IMG/VR virus record: IMGVR_UViG_2718217863_000002
DNA: 41,341 nucleotides
DNA from: a virus
Taxonomy: Duplodnaviria > Heunggongvirae > Uroviricota > Caudoviricetes
Reading direction: 5' to 3' (one strand)
Shown here: positions 18,500-28,176 of the stretch, in pieces
How positions within the stretch are numbered: the stretch's first letter is position 1
Layout: each line of letters begins with the position of its first letter
Translations under genes and position numbers: made by a program
The notes under the pieces: model-generated
The model's database searches: none
What the model was told of the DNA's origin: nothing
Seen by the model: only the letters and a program-made list of their open reading frames with translations

Positions 18500-18814
18500 T
18501 CAATGCCAACTTTTCATAGCTTCTTCAAGAGATAATGGCGCTTCGTTGATGTGCGGTGCAAAGTCACTAACCTTGAACGGAGGCGTGTTCTTTGCCTTAT
18601 TGATGTTAGCCAGGACAGAAGCCACCAGCGAAGCCCCCCACTCGGTACGCATCATAACGTTAAGCTGACCATACTTATTACGGTACTTTACCCACACCTG
18701 AAACTCACGAAGGCTCATTCGCTCCTGAGCCTCCGCTATGGTCCGCCCACCGATGCCGTTCATGACTAACTCACACCAGAACTCGTCTTCTCCTGTGAGT
18801 TCGTAGTCTTTCCC
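18500..18814 (-). CDS. tail assembly chaperone GT extension (-1 frame)
   Basis: ORF 18500-18763 lies in the -1 frame relative to G; the -1 frame is open from the slippery site through its ATG. Confidence 0.55.
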   Translation of the reverse strand, partial: GKDYELTGEDEFWCELVMNGIGGRTIAEAQERMSLREFQVWVKYRNKYGQLNVMMRTEWGASLVASVLANINKAKNTPPFKVSDFAPHINEAPLSLEEAMKSWH

Positions 18815-19149
18815 AGATCGTTGACTTCCTGGATGACGGCCAGCAAAGCAATAACGATCGGCCCATCGAGCGCGCCACGATCTGGGGTAGCAGTTCCAAG
18901 AATGTCAGCCGCGGTAAACACTGGGGCGCCGTCCTGATCGCAAATATGCGCCGCAATGCGCTCAGCAATCGGGTCCGATTTCCCGTTATACGCCAGCAGT
19001 TCAGCTTTAGTGGTGTGGTAGCCCATCGGGCGCACATAGACGGTTGCGATATGCTCTTTCCTGTCACGGCCTTTCCACTTAATTTCTTTTTTCACGGGAC
19101 GCCCGGTAAAGGCACCGGTTTCTTTTAACGTATCGAGAGTAAGTTGCAT
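18766..19149 (-). CDS. tail assembly chaperone (lambda G-like)
   Basis: 127 aa, between major tail and tape measure genes; carries the slippery heptamer near its 3' end. Confidence 0.6.
   Translation of the reverse strand: MQLTLDTLKETGAFTGRPVKKEIKWKGRDRKEHIATVYVRPMGYHTTKAELLAYNGKSDPIAERIAAHICDQDGAPVFTAADILGTATPDRGALDGPIVIALLAVIQEVNDLGKTTNSQEKTSSGVS
18808..18814 (-). other. programmed -1 frameshift slippery heptamer G_GGA_AAG
   Basis: Minus-strand GGGAAAG with GGA and AAG in the zero frame of G (frame checked from coordinates). Confidence 0.55.
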
Positions 19150-19160
19150 TTCAGCTCCTG

Positions 19161-19185
19161 AATTGAAAAGCCCGGATAACCGGGC
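19161..19185 (-). terminator. terminator/attenuator after the major tail gene
   Basis: GCCCGG-ttat-CCGGGC hairpin then TTTTCAATT on the minus strand. Confidence 0.45.
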
Positions 19186-19192
19186 ATATTAA

Positions 19193-19684
19193 TTACGCTG
19201 CGGCCTTCGGCACCCATACGGAAGAGCCAGACCGCTGGATCGTGGCGGAGGTCGTCACAACAGCGTTACCCTGAAAATCAAACGGGAAGTCGGAAACGTA
19301 ACCCTGGAAAATGAACCAGGTGCGATCCGATGGCAGCACCAGGCCATCAACAGCATCCTCAGCGCCAGGAGCGGCGGCTGTCGGGATACTGGTTCCATCT
19401 GACCAGCCAACCGCAAAAGTTAACGGCGTCTGATCATTCGCTTCAGCGAGACCATGCAACATAATGTGGCTGGCGTTCGTCGGATCAGCGTTAAGCCCGA
19501 CGGTTGCGGCCGCAGGCGTTTTAAGCCCCTTTTTGTAGGTTCTTGAATCCCGCTCACTCAGACAGGTATCTTCAATCTGATCGGCAGGGTTGCCGCCGGG
19601 GTTGAAACTGGTGATGCATTCAACCTCGCTGACCACGCCAGACTTGAGCACAAAAAATTGCGTGCCTTGCGTTAATACAGACAT
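19193..19684 (-). CDS. major tail protein
   Basis: ATG at 19684 with GGAGA RBS ([12 protein letters not shown]...); 163 aa; track ORF starts at an upstream GTG. Confidence 0.7.
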   Translation of the reverse strand: MSVLTQGTQFFVLKSGVVSEVECITSFNPGGNPADQIEDTCLSERDSRTYKKGLKTPAAATVGLNADPTNASHIMLHGLAEANDQTPLTFAVGWSDGTSIPTAAAPGAEDAVDGLVLPSDRTWFIFQGYVSDFPFDFQGNAVVTTSATIQRSGSSVWVPKAAA

Positions 19685-19699
19685 GTTTTGTCTCCATAA

Positions 19700-19723
19700 A
19701 AGAAAAACCCGCACAAGGCGGGT
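19700..19723 (-). terminator. hairpin plus T-run immediately upstream of the major tail gene
   Basis: ACCCGC-cttgt-GCGGGT then TTTTTCTTTT on the minus strand. Confidence 0.35.
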
Positions 19724-19740
19724 CAGTTTGGGGTTGTTGG

Positions 19741-20106
19741 TTATCTGGGCGTTATCCAGTCAACATCGAAGGAATAGCGGTATCGCATTGTTTCAGGATC
19801 ACGGCTTTGTTCACCCCATCGGGTGATATAGGCCTTGCCCTCAATCGCGTCGCGTAAAGCACGGGCAACGGCGATCACGTCGGTGTCAGTATCACCATAG
19901 ACATCAACCTGCAGAGAATAGTGATCTGCATCTGGCCGCTGGTTTAGATAATTTTCAGGGTTGCCACCTATGTTTTGCCAGACTGCATAGGGGTAAACGA
20001 TATTATCGTTCTGCATACCGAACGGATAAAGCCGCACGGGATTAGAGCCTAACAAATCCCTGACTGCCTGGCTGGCTGCGCAAACTGCAAATATTGGAGC
20101 AATCAT
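19741..20106 (-). CDS. tail completion / tail terminator protein
   Basis: 121 aa; position between the gp10-like gene and the major tail gene. Confidence 0.45.
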   Translation of the reverse strand: MIAPIFAVCAASQAVRDLLGSNPVRLYPFGMQNDNIVYPYAVWQNIGGNPENYLNQRPDADHYSLQVDVYGDTDTDVIAVARALRDAIEGKAYITRWGEQSRDPETMRYRYSFDVDWITPR

Positions 20107-20642
20107 ACCGGCGTTCCTTTTTTAGCCGCCCGTCGCACAGCGCGATCAATGGACTTTTCCAGCTCCGCTGCGAAAATATTAATTACGTCGGTATCAACAC
20201 CATTGATCGCCGGTCGCAAAACAGGCTTTGCTGCTGCGTGCTCTGTGCCGAACTCCAGGAATCGCCAGTACCAGGTATCCCCGCCGGGATTACCTTTATC
20301 TCCGGCAGTGTTAAAGCTTTTACCCACCCTGCCTTTTCGGACGTTGGCCTTTGTATTGGCGTATTGCCTGGCGCCGCCCATCACCCCGACACGAAACGTT
20401 GGATCGCCGGTTCTGCGAAATGCCTTGCTGCTGAAACTGACCACAATGTTTTTGTAGATAGCCTCTTTGGTGAGAGGGTCATCAACCCGCGCGGCATTAT
20501 TGCGCGCTCTGTCCCTGATCACGTTTGCCGCTTTACGCAGCGCTGCACGACCGGATTTATCGCGAGTGACCTGTGAGACGGCATCCAGTTTCCCCAGGAC
20601 GGAATCGAGCCCAGTCAGGTTTACTTCTACGCCATCAGCCAT
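20103..20642 (-). CDS. HK97 gp10-family head-tail joining protein
   Basis: 179 aa; GRAALRKAANVIRDRAR resembles gp10-family proteins. Confidence 0.6.
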   Translation of the reverse strand: MADGVEVNLTGLDSVLGKLDAVSQVTRDKSGRAALRKAANVIRDRARNNAARVDDPLTKEAIYKNIVVSFSSKAFRRTGDPTFRVGVMGGARQYANTKANVRKGRVGKSFNTAGDKGNPGGDTWYWRFLEFGTEHAAAKPVLRPAINGVDTDVINIFAAELEKSIDRAVRRAAKKGTPV

Positions 20643-20967
20643 CGTTAGCCCCCTCTGAACATGGCAGTGTCAGGTATTCCCTGCCGCTCCGGGGGTCAGG
20701 TAAAACGCCCTCAATGTTGTAGATGCGGCCACGAAACAGGATCCGATGTTTGCGGGTAACACCCTCACGGTAACGAATCGTTATCCGGGTGGTAACTTCG
20801 CCCTGAGAGGCCTGGGCGGCGATAAACTCACGTGCGGATAAAGCAGCGACTTCGGCCCAAAGGGTTGCGACATCGCGCCAGGTATTAATCACGGCTCCCG
20901 TTGTCGGGTTCTGTTCTTTTACCGGCTCCTGCAGGGTTATCCTGTGACGCAATTTCCCGGCCTGCAT
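20635..20967 (-). CDS. head closure / head-tail adaptor protein
   Basis: 110 aa; MQAGKLRHRITLQEP ... RITIRYREGV ... RILFRGRIYNIEGV pattern typical of this family. Confidence 0.6.
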   Translation of the reverse strand: MQAGKLRHRITLQEPVKEQNPTTGAVINTWRDVATLWAEVAALSAREFIAAQASQGEVTTRITIRYREGVTRKHRILFRGRIYNIEGVLPDPRSGREYLTLPCSEGANDG

Positions 20968-20968
20968 A

Positions 20969-21181
20969 TCACCCCCTCGTTCTTTGACTCAGGTACACAG
21001 GGCGATCATCACCCAGTGAAGTGATATCAATATCGTCATCTGCAGCCAGCGACTGGATAATTACATCGGACAGGGCGACGTTAGATTCAGCCAGGCGGTT
21101 TATCGCTTCCGTCTGCTCTCTCTGTGCTGCTGTTTGTTCTCTCAGCGCTGCTATCAGCGCGTTTACCAGTTGCTCGTTCAT
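20969..21181 (-). CDS. hypothetical small protein
   Basis: ORF track, 70 aa, within the head-tail joining cluster. Confidence 0.4.
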   Translation of the reverse strand: MNEQLVNALIAALREQTAAQREQTEAINRLAESNVALSDVIIQSLAADDDIDITSLGDDRPVYLSQRTRG

Positions 21182-21241
21182 AGGCTATTTTCGTCCACTT
21201 TTTTAACCATTCACGCCGTTTAGCACATCCAGAGCAGCCCA

Positions 21242-21634
21242 TTAATTCCACCTCCGGTGCCGAATCAGAAGCGCTTCAACACCCAGCGGAACTTCCGAAA
21301 GGTTCTGCGCTACCGCTTCGCGGTTCGCATACCAGTGTCCAATCAGCAAAAGCATTGCCGCCCAGATGCCGGAAGTAAAAATAATCTCACGGGGCTGAGT
21401 TTCCCCTTCCACTGGCGGCGTTAATGTTTCGACCAGCGCCCCGTCGCAGAACCGCTCAACATAATCGACGGAGGCCGACGCATAGGCAGAAATAAGCGTA
21501 TCTTCGTCGTCACCATCAACCTTCAGATGCGCCTTTATCTGCGCCAGCTGTTCCTCGCTTATTTCCACCTTTACCCCCTGGTTTGGCTTTAGCAGGCTCC
21601 GCAGAACCAGAGTCTGTTGCCTTTTCCGGCTCAA
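21242..21634 (-). CDS. head-tail connector protein (gp6-like); true start probably internal
   Basis: EISEEQLAQIKAHLKVDGDDEDTLISAYASA is typical of gp6-like connectors. Confidence 0.55.
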   Translation of the reverse strand: MSRKRQQTLVLRSLLKPNQGVKVEISEEQLAQIKAHLKVDGDDEDTLISAYASASVDYVERFCDGALVETLTPPVEGETQPREIIFTSGIWAAMLLLIGHWYANREAVAQNLSEVPLGVEALLIRHRRWN

Positions 21635-21758
21635 CCGCCTCGGCCAGATGCAGTTTCACCAGTACTTCGCCGATTCCTTTATGCACCTCGCGGATTTCCC
21701 CCTGAGATACCGTACCCAGGTGATAATGCGAGAACATACGGAGAGCTTTAATTTTCAT
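21516..21758 (-). CDS. possible small protein after the capsid gene (overlaps the connector ORF)
   Basis: ATG at 21758 (MKIKALRMF...), low-complexity C-terminus, no clear RBS. Confidence 0.25.
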   Translation of the reverse strand: MKIKALRMFSHYHLGTVSQGEIREVHKGIGEVLVKLHLAEAVEPEKATDSGSAEPAKAKPGGKGGNKRGTAGADKGASEG

Positions 21759-21795
21759 CGCATTTACGCGGCCATTGCTGGCCGCGCCCTTTTTG

Positions 21796-22959
21796 TTATG
21801 CACCAGTGCTGACAGCAATATCACCCGTCACAATCGCTGCCGGGCGATAGTGGGCCAGCGCCAGGCGCTCTTCGCAAAGGATGGTCAGCATGTTTTTAAC
21901 GAAGTTATCGCGGTCCTGGTTGCTGATCTCGATGGTGGCATCCATGCGATCCCAAACCTGCGACGCCAGGCCAAACGCGCCAACGGTGAATTTGCCTGCC
22001 GTCTGCGCCGTGGTCGACACCACCGGAAGCCCCCAAAGCACTTTCGAGGCAAACGCCTGCGGGCCACCGAGAATGTAATTGCCGTTAGCGTCCTTCAGCA
22101 GGGCAATACGGTGCCAGTCCGCCGGGTTCAGAATGATGCCGTCTGCTTCGAACTCACTCAGCGATACCTGATAGATGGCGTGTGCCAGAACATCAGCGCC
22201 AGTATCTCCGGTTGCGTTGAGTGTGGTTTCGTAGTCGTTCGCTACTACGTTGAGCCCCTGCAGGTTATCGCCGGTACCGTCCCCGTTCAGCATCTGGTTC
22301 TCTTCCACCAGTGCCAGTCCGTACATCATGCGGGAATTGATGTAAGACTCGAGCGCCGGGGCATCATCCATGATCTGGCGCGATGCCTGGATCCAGTGGG
22401 CGATAGTTTTCACGTTCGCCGTTTCTTTGGTGAAGGTGATATTACTTTCCGGCTTGAGGGTACCTTCTGCCACTGGTGCTGCAGCGTTGGTAAACACGTT
22501 TTCGCGCACGTATTCCAGCGCGTTACTGGTGATACGCCCCTGTGCCAGCAAGTCACGCACAGTCAGACGGCGAAGGCCCGGCATAAGAATACCCGGCAGC
22601 TGCTGCGGCTGGACCAGGGCGCCTGCCGACGCTGCGCCGGAACCAATCGCTTTATCAAAGCTGGTGACTTTCGCTTTGGTACGCGAGCCGTCCCAGCCCT
22701 TCATCAGATCTTCAGATACGCGCTGAGCAAATGACTTCTGCGCAGTCTGATCAGGAGAGTTCCCGGCCAGTTTCTGCTCAAGATCGAACAGGCGGGCACC
22801 GGTGGCTTTCAGTTCTTCCTGTGCTTTCGTCAGATCGGTCTGCATCTGCTTGTTGATTTCACCGGTCTGGTTGATGGATTTACGCTGTTCTTCGATAAGC
22901 TCCTTTACTTCTTTTTGGGAGTTTTCGATAGCTTTTTCCAGTACAGATAATTCAGACAT
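21796..22959 (-). CDS. major capsid protein, HK97 family
   Basis: 387 aa; N-terminal coiled-coil delta-like region followed by the capsid body, as in HK97 gp5. Confidence 0.85.
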   Translation of the reverse strand: MSELSVLEKAIENSQKEVKELIEEQRKSINQTGEINKQMQTDLTKAQEELKATGARLFDLEQKLAGNSPDQTAQKSFAQRVSEDLMKGWDGSRTKAKVTSFDKAIGSGAASAGALVQPQQLPGILMPGLRRLTVRDLLAQGRITSNALEYVRENVFTNAAAPVAEGTLKPESNITFTKETANVKTIAHWIQASRQIMDDAPALESYINSRMMYGLALVEENQMLNGDGTGDNLQGLNVVANDYETTLNATGDTGADVLAHAIYQVSLSEFEADGIILNPADWHRIALLKDANGNYILGGPQAFASKVLWGLPVVSTTAQTAGKFTVGAFGLASQVWDRMDATIEISNQDRDNFVKNMLTILCEERLALAHYRPAAIVTGDIAVSTGA

Positions 22960-22970
22960 GTGTTACTCCG

Positions 22971-23651
22971 TTAAGGTGTCCGCAGGTTAGCGGCAAATGA
23001 GTTAATGCGCTGTGCCAGCGCGTCAATGTCGTCGCTACCGAACTCGCTTCGGCCTGCAGACTTAACACGGGCGATAAATGCCTGTGCTTCAGAACGCGAA
23101 AGCCCGACTGAATCCCTCAGCCAGGCCTCCGCATCGCGAATAGATTTGATACTGTCGATGCTCTTCATAGCCGTTACGCCAGCGAGCTCGTTGGCCGGGA
23201 AAGTACAGACGCTAATTTCCCGCAGGTAAGAGATGTTTTTGAAGATGAGCCCTGACGTGCCAACGGTGTAATCATCAGGCCCAACGGAAAACCCCACTGA
23301 CATCCCTTCAACCGTGCCATGCTGCATGGCAGCTTTCAGGTCTTCGGCCAGGCTAAGCCCTGGAGTAAGTTGACCACGGACAAATAGCCCCTTGTCATCT
23401 TCATGCATTGCATCCCATTTACCGACCGGGATAGCACGTGTCTGGTGGTTAAAGAACATGGCCACCTTGCGACTCTGGTTAGCAATCACACCAGCGAAAG
23501 CACCTGGCAAAATAATGTCGCCATCGGCGTCGGTGTTATTAAAAACCGAGGCATACCCTTCAAATGTTCCCTTACTGCCGTCGCCGATGAACTTGATTTC
23601 TGTCTGGTCGAAAGCCAGCGTCTTCTGAATGTCAGGCATCATAGCCCCCAT
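22971..23651 (-). CDS. prohead protease (HK97 family)
   Basis: 226 aa, between portal and capsid genes. Confidence 0.8.
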   Translation of the reverse strand: MGAMMPDIQKTLAFDQTEIKFIGDGSKGTFEGYASVFNNTDADGDIILPGAFAGVIANQSRKVAMFFNHQTRAIPVGKWDAMHEDDKGLFVRGQLTPGLSLAEDLKAAMQHGTVEGMSVGFSVGPDDYTVGTSGLIFKNISYLREISVCTFPANELAGVTAMKSIDSIKSIRDAEAWLRDSVGLSRSEAQAFIARVKSAGRSEFGSDDIDALAQRINSFAANLRTP

Positions 23652-23656
23652 AAAAA

Positions 23657-24934
23657 TTAAGCCCCGGCATTGCGGGGCTCTTTGTTTGTTCCGAGATCGG
23701 TAATGGGCACGTTCTGCGACTGCCGTGTCGCCACATCACCTCCGGGCAGCGGCGGCAGGTTATCGAGCCTTCGAACCTCGTTAACGGTCCGAATCCCGGT
23801 ATTGACCATGATTTGCATAAATGATGCCCGGCTTGTTGAATCACCGCGCAACAGCCCGTCGAGGTTATGCTCGGCGTGAATGATGCCCTGTTCTGACTCT
23901 TTGACCAGCCAGCGCTCAATGCTGTACTCCCACCGATCAAGGTAGGGTTTGAGGGTATACTGGAGAAAGCCTAGGTTTTGCTGTTCAATCCCCGATCCCC
24001 AGGAGGTGGTTTTGTCCACATCGCCGACCAGATGTGGAGGCACGCCGTAAAATCGCGCCAGTTCGGCGACCTGAAATTTACGCGCAGACAGAATTTCTGA
24101 ATCCTGAGGCGAAACGCCGATAGGTTGCGTGGTGAAGCCGCTCTCAAGGATCCAAAGCCGCTTTTTGACCGGGCCACCAGCAATCTCCTTAAAGTTTTCC
24201 TCCAACTGCCCGCGCTGCTCTTTCGTCAGCACCTTGCCGTCAGTCATCAGGATCTGCGGAGACTTCGCACCATTGGCGAAAAATTCACGCTGGTTATCTT
24301 CCATCGCTATGGCCACACCAGCAGACTTCGCACTGAACGCCAACGGCGAAAGACCAGTCAGCCCATTGAAGCCAAACCCTTTGAGATGAAAAATTTCTTT
24401 CTGTGAAAAGTCGGCGTATTCAGTGTCCCGTCGGTAGCGATAGATAATATTTTTACCGTTATCGCTGAGCCGAACTTCCATATTGGCGCTCATCAGTGGA
24501 ACCATGCTAATCACGTCACCAACACTGTTTCGCTCAACATGTGCATAGGCGTTGCCGTAGGCACATAGTTGCATAGTCATTGCTTCGCGAAACTCAAGAG
24601 CGGTCATGAAGTTGTTGGGACGGAATCTCAGCAGCTTCGCCAGGGGGTGACTGTTGTCCACTTTCGTGCGCTGATCATTTTTGGTCTGATAAACATCGAG
24701 TGGTAAAGATGCTGTTACGGTGGAGATTAACCTGATGCAGGCCCATACCGTACTGATTTGCATATTACGCTCATCAGTCACAACAGAATCACCAACCACA
24801 CCGTGCGCTGACGTACCCGCCATTTGCGAGCCCTTATCGGGTGTCACCAGGCGGCCGCCGGTCAGGATAGAGGCCATGCGCGCCCAGAATGGCGATCGCG
24901 TCCGCAGGTCAATGCTGTAATCGGTATCTGCCAT
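23657..24934 (-). CDS. portal protein
   Basis: 425 aa, between large terminase and protease. Confidence 0.85.
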   Translation of the reverse strand: MADTDYSIDLRTRSPFWARMASILTGGRLVTPDKGSQMAGTSAHGVVGDSVVTDERNMQISTVWACIRLISTVTASLPLDVYQTKNDQRTKVDNSHPLAKLLRFRPNNFMTALEFREAMTMQLCAYGNAYAHVERNSVGDVISMVPLMSANMEVRLSDNGKNIIYRYRRDTEYADFSQKEIFHLKGFGFNGLTGLSPLAFSAKSAGVAIAMEDNQREFFANGAKSPQILMTDGKVLTKEQRGQLEENFKEIAGGPVKKRLWILESGFTTQPIGVSPQDSEILSARKFQVAELARFYGVPPHLVGDVDKTTSWGSGIEQQNLGFLQYTLKPYLDRWEYSIERWLVKESEQGIIHAEHNLDGLLRGDSTSRASFMQIMVNTGIRTVNEVRRLDNLPPLPGGDVATRQSQNVPITDLGTNKEPRNAGA

Positions 24935-24936
24935 TT

Positions 24937-26469
24937 TTACACGCTCAAAAAGTTGTAAATGAAATCATTAACGTCACCCTGCTCCTCTACCTCGTCACTA
25001 GTCTGCGCGCCAATAGACATCGCCAGCGCTACCATGCCGTCGATACGTCCGCTCGACTTACCTTTCACAAACTTGCGGTTACCGGCAGGGTCAGTGATTA
25101 CCGTGGCGTTTTTGGCGCACATTTCGAGGATCGGATGATTGCCGTGCTTCAGCTGCGCACCGAGCAGTTTGGCTTCCAGCTCCCTGAGAGCAGGCGACAT
25201 GGAAACAAACCCCTGACCGAACTCTACGAATCGTTCGAGCTCCACATCTGTGAAACCAGCATCGATGAGATGCGGGCGAAGGAAGCGCATGTTATAGCGG
25301 TCAAACGCCAGCGCCCTGACGTTACAGAGATCAAAAACGCGCCGCAGCTCCCTCGCGATAAATCCATACTCGATAGCCTTACCAGGTGTCGTGTTTAGCC
25401 AGCCCTGCTTCGCCCATATGTCATAAGGCACACGATCGTTACGCGCCTTATCTGCCAGCCCTTCCTCCGGTAGCCAGAATTTACAGTGCACATCGCCCTG
25501 CGTGGTGTTCAGCACCAGTGCGGTCAGGTCTGACACGCTGGAAAGATCGAGCCCGCCCCATACGGTAGCCCCCGCAAGTTCGCCGGGTTCCTCCTTGTTC
25601 ATATGCCATACACTCTGGCTAACGAACGGGCTTTTCGCTTCAACCCTGCGGTTTAAAACAAGGTTCTCAAACTCTGCCTGGCGAGACGGCAGGCGTTTCG
25701 CACTGGCGGCCATATCCAGCACTTCTTTCTGGTTCATGAACACATCGAAGGCCGGGTTTGCCAGCCTGATTGCCTCGACAGAGAAAGGATCGATATCTTC
25801 CGGCGCGGTCTGAAGCCGGACCACCGTCCGGGGATCGGCTCCGGTCAGGCCATCATCAATCAGCAGGCTAAGCAGGTCGCTCGCATCGGGCGCCTGGGTG
25901 CTGATGATTATCGAAATAGGGTTATCCTGTGCAGCGGTGGCGGTTTCCAGCGCTTCATAAAGCGGATCTCGCGGACCACGCACCTGGCCCAGTTCGTCGT
26001 GTGCGACAAATCGCGGCGAGAAACCGTAGGCCGTGGTAGCTTCGGCACTCAGTGCGCGGTAATAAGAACCCAGCTCAGGGCAGTGGATTTCTTTAGCTGA
26101 ATCCTTGATCGCAACGTACTGCATTAGTACCGGGTTCATCCGGCACATCTTCGAGGCCAGGTTAAACAGAATGGCCGCCTGGTCGCGTGAGCGTGCCGCA
26201 GAATACAGCTGCGAGTTCGGTGCAGCCTCGGGCCCTATCAGGTAGAGCAGCATCAGCATGGCGGTTTCCACCGTTTTGGCGTTTTTTCGCCCGCGACTGA
26301 TGATTGCGCGACGTGTACCATGCTTGTTGTCGAAAATGGCTCTGAAGTCATCCTTCATGAACTCAGCCATTTTCAGCGGCTGGCCGACAAACTTACCTTC
26401 GGGAATATAAATATTTCTTTCGCACCAGAGGATATTCCTCTCGGCTCTTGTCAGAGTTTTTTTAGCCAT
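24937..26469 (-). CDS. terL: terminase large subunit
   Basis: 510 aa; N-terminal ATPase region and C-terminal nuclease-like region; follows the small subunit. Confidence 0.85.
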   Translation of the reverse strand: MAKKTLTRAERNILWCERNIYIPEGKFVGQPLKMAEFMKDDFRAIFDNKHGTRRAIISRGRKNAKTVETAMLMLLYLIGPEAAPNSQLYSAARSRDQAAILFNLASKMCRMNPVLMQYVAIKDSAKEIHCPELGSYYRALSAEATTAYGFSPRFVAHDELGQVRGPRDPLYEALETATAAQDNPISIIISTQAPDASDLLSLLIDDGLTGADPRTVVRLQTAPEDIDPFSVEAIRLANPAFDVFMNQKEVLDMAASAKRLPSRQAEFENLVLNRRVEAKSPFVSQSVWHMNKEEPGELAGATVWGGLDLSSVSDLTALVLNTTQGDVHCKFWLPEEGLADKARNDRVPYDIWAKQGWLNTTPGKAIEYGFIARELRRVFDLCNVRALAFDRYNMRFLRPHLIDAGFTDVELERFVEFGQGFVSMSPALRELEAKLLGAQLKHGNHPILEMCAKNATVITDPAGNRKFVKGKSSGRIDGMVALAMSIGAQTSDEVEEQGDVNDFIYNFLSV

Positions 26470-26478
26470 CGAAGAGCC

Positions 26479-26913
26479 TTATTCAATTTCCCAGGGTTTT
26501 TTCTCCCGCGGCAGATTTTTGTTGGCGCGTCCTACTGTTTTAGGATCAGCAGTCGCCTGCCGGGTGATACGCAGTCGCGTTGCCAGTGAAGACGCAGACC
26601 GTACTTCACGTTCGCGCATCGTGAGCAATTTATCGTAGCGCTTCAGCCCATCATCCCGAGCCAGCCACTCCAGCTCAAACTCCTCGATCTGAGTGGTTAA
26701 CAGTCTCGCCTGCACCACATGCCGACAGTACATTTCCATCATGTCGCGATGTGTTTCAGTAAATGAGCTGGCCGGGTTATCGTTAACCAGTCTGATCCAA
26801 ACGTTTATCTCTGGATCGCTAAGGTGAAACGAGGGCTGCAGCCTGCTTTCAGCCAGAGCCGGAAGCGACACAGCCGTCGTCGCGGCAAGAGATTTTCTGC
26901 CTCGCTGTGCCAT
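26479..26913 (-). CDS. terS: terminase small subunit (P27-like)
   Basis: 144 aa, directly upstream of the large subunit and downstream of the HNH gene. Confidence 0.7.
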   Translation of the reverse strand: MAQRGRKSLAATTAVSLPALAESRLQPSFHLSDPEINVWIRLVNDNPASSFTETHRDMMEMYCRHVVQARLLTTQIEEFELEWLARDDGLKRYDKLLTMREREVRSASSLATRLRITRQATADPKTVGRANKNLPREKKPWEIE

Positions 26914-27034
26914 CGCTTTTTTCCTTTTTTTCTGGACGTTTTTGAAAAGAAAACTGGGGGCGCGGTCTTTTTACGATTGCGGCCAGAGTTTTACCCCTCC
27001 CCCCATCCTGTCGGGCTGATAATGAGAAAAGCTA

Positions 27035-27244
27035 TCATTTCTCGATGATCCGCAGGTTTTCACGGGGAGGACTGGGTAACACCAGGCGCTCACCGACACC
27101 GACAGACATTGTCAGGATGATCGTTGGTAGCGTCTCTTTTGCTGTATGACTGAAGGATATGGCGGATGCAGAAAGAAAGCTCATACCATCAATGCTCAGC
27201 TCCACCAGCTTGCCATCCTGGTATTCAATCTTCAGGTCTTGCAT
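27035..27244 (-). CDS. hypothetical small protein
   Basis: ORF track, 69 aa, between HNH and terS. Confidence 0.3.
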   Translation of the reverse strand: MQDLKIEYQDGKLVELSIDGMSFLSASAISFSHTAKETLPTIILTMSVGVGERLVLPSPPRENLRIIEK

Positions 27245-27256
27245 TGCGTGCTCCTG

Positions 27257-27553
27257 TTACCAGATAACCCTGCCTTCATTGTCGAACTCGGTAACCGTTC
27301 CGCCCTTCTCCATGCGTTGTTTAACCGAGTCGTGGCAGCGCTTGCATAGCGACTGAAGATTGTTCGGGTCGTGGAAGAGGGTTTCATCGCCCTTGTGAGG
27401 TTTGATGTGATCAACAACGGTTGCGGATATCACCTGATTTCGCCTGAGGTGAAACTCGCAGAGTGGTTGCTTCTGAAGCTGGTGATAACGCAGCCGGTAC
27501 CACCGTTTAGTGTTATAGAGATGATGCCAGGGTGAACTTGACGCCATATTCAC
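27257..27553 (-). CDS. HNH endonuclease (terminase-associated)
   Basis: CEFH ... DHIKPH ... NNLQSLCKRCH; 98 aa; GTG start. Confidence 0.8.
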   Translation of the reverse strand: MNMASSSPWHHLYNTKRWYRLRYHQLQKQPLCEFHLRRNQVISATVVDHIKPHKGDETLFHDPNNLQSLCKRCHDSVKQRMEKGGTVTEFDNEGRVIW

Positions 27554-27556
27554 TCC

Positions 27557-27586
27557 AATAAAAAAGCCACCGTTTAAAAGGTGGCT
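27557..27586 (-). terminator. rho-independent terminator ending the AT-rich module
   Basis: AGCCACC-ttttaaac-GGTGGCT then TTTTTATT on the minus strand, 22 nt after the stop at 27608. Confidence 0.6.
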
Positions 27587-27607
27587 TTCATAAATTACAA
27601 AGGGATT

Positions 27608-28084
27608 CTATAGAAGGTTTTTCTTTGCCATTCTTAGCTTATGTTCGAGATTTCTTATTGTTATCCCTAGCTCATTAACTTTCTGCTTGGTATATCGTTC
27701 TGAATATATCCAGTAGTCTGATTTCTTCTCACATATGTCTGACAACTCAGGAGAAATATCTTGAAACAAGAGACCGACACGCCTCCACTCCTTTGCAAGT
27801 TCAAGTTCCCTTTGAGCGTCTTTAACACCTTGGTGTGCGAAATCCCTCAGGTAGGCCCGATTATCTATCAATAAATTTGATAGCGCTTCCAACTTGGATA
27901 ATGTTAGCTCTCGATTCTGTTTGGACCATGACAAATAGCATTCCCATAATCCAGTAATAGTAGCGCTTATATATTCGCCCATATTTAACGACCTGATTGT
28001 GTGCAAGTAGTTAAACATATCACAAACAACCAGTATTTGCATACTGCAGTGCCTTAACTTACCTTTCCTACGTTTTATTGACAC
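27608..28084 (-). CDS. hypothetical protein, third gene of the AT-rich module
   Basis: ORF track, 158 aa (true start may be internal); AT-rich; followed by its own terminator. Confidence 0.45.
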   Translation of the reverse strand: MSIKRRKGKLRHCSMQILVVCDMFNYLHTIRSLNMGEYISATITGLWECYLSWSKQNRELTLSKLEALSNLLIDNRAYLRDFAHQGVKDAQRELELAKEWRRVGLLFQDISPELSDICEKKSDYWIYSERYTKQKVNELGITIRNLEHKLRMAKKNLL

Positions 28085-28176
28085 ACTGCAAAGATTCTCT
28101 ATTGATTACTTTAGTTATCGAACTTGGCTGCTGTATCGACAAAATCATTGAGCCAAAGAACGAACTAAAAATACTA

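Noticed and set aside
21775-22734. 319-aa plus-strand ORF
   Set aside because: Entirely antisense to the major capsid gene; Arg/Cys-rich composition typical of a spurious frame in GC-rich coding DNA.
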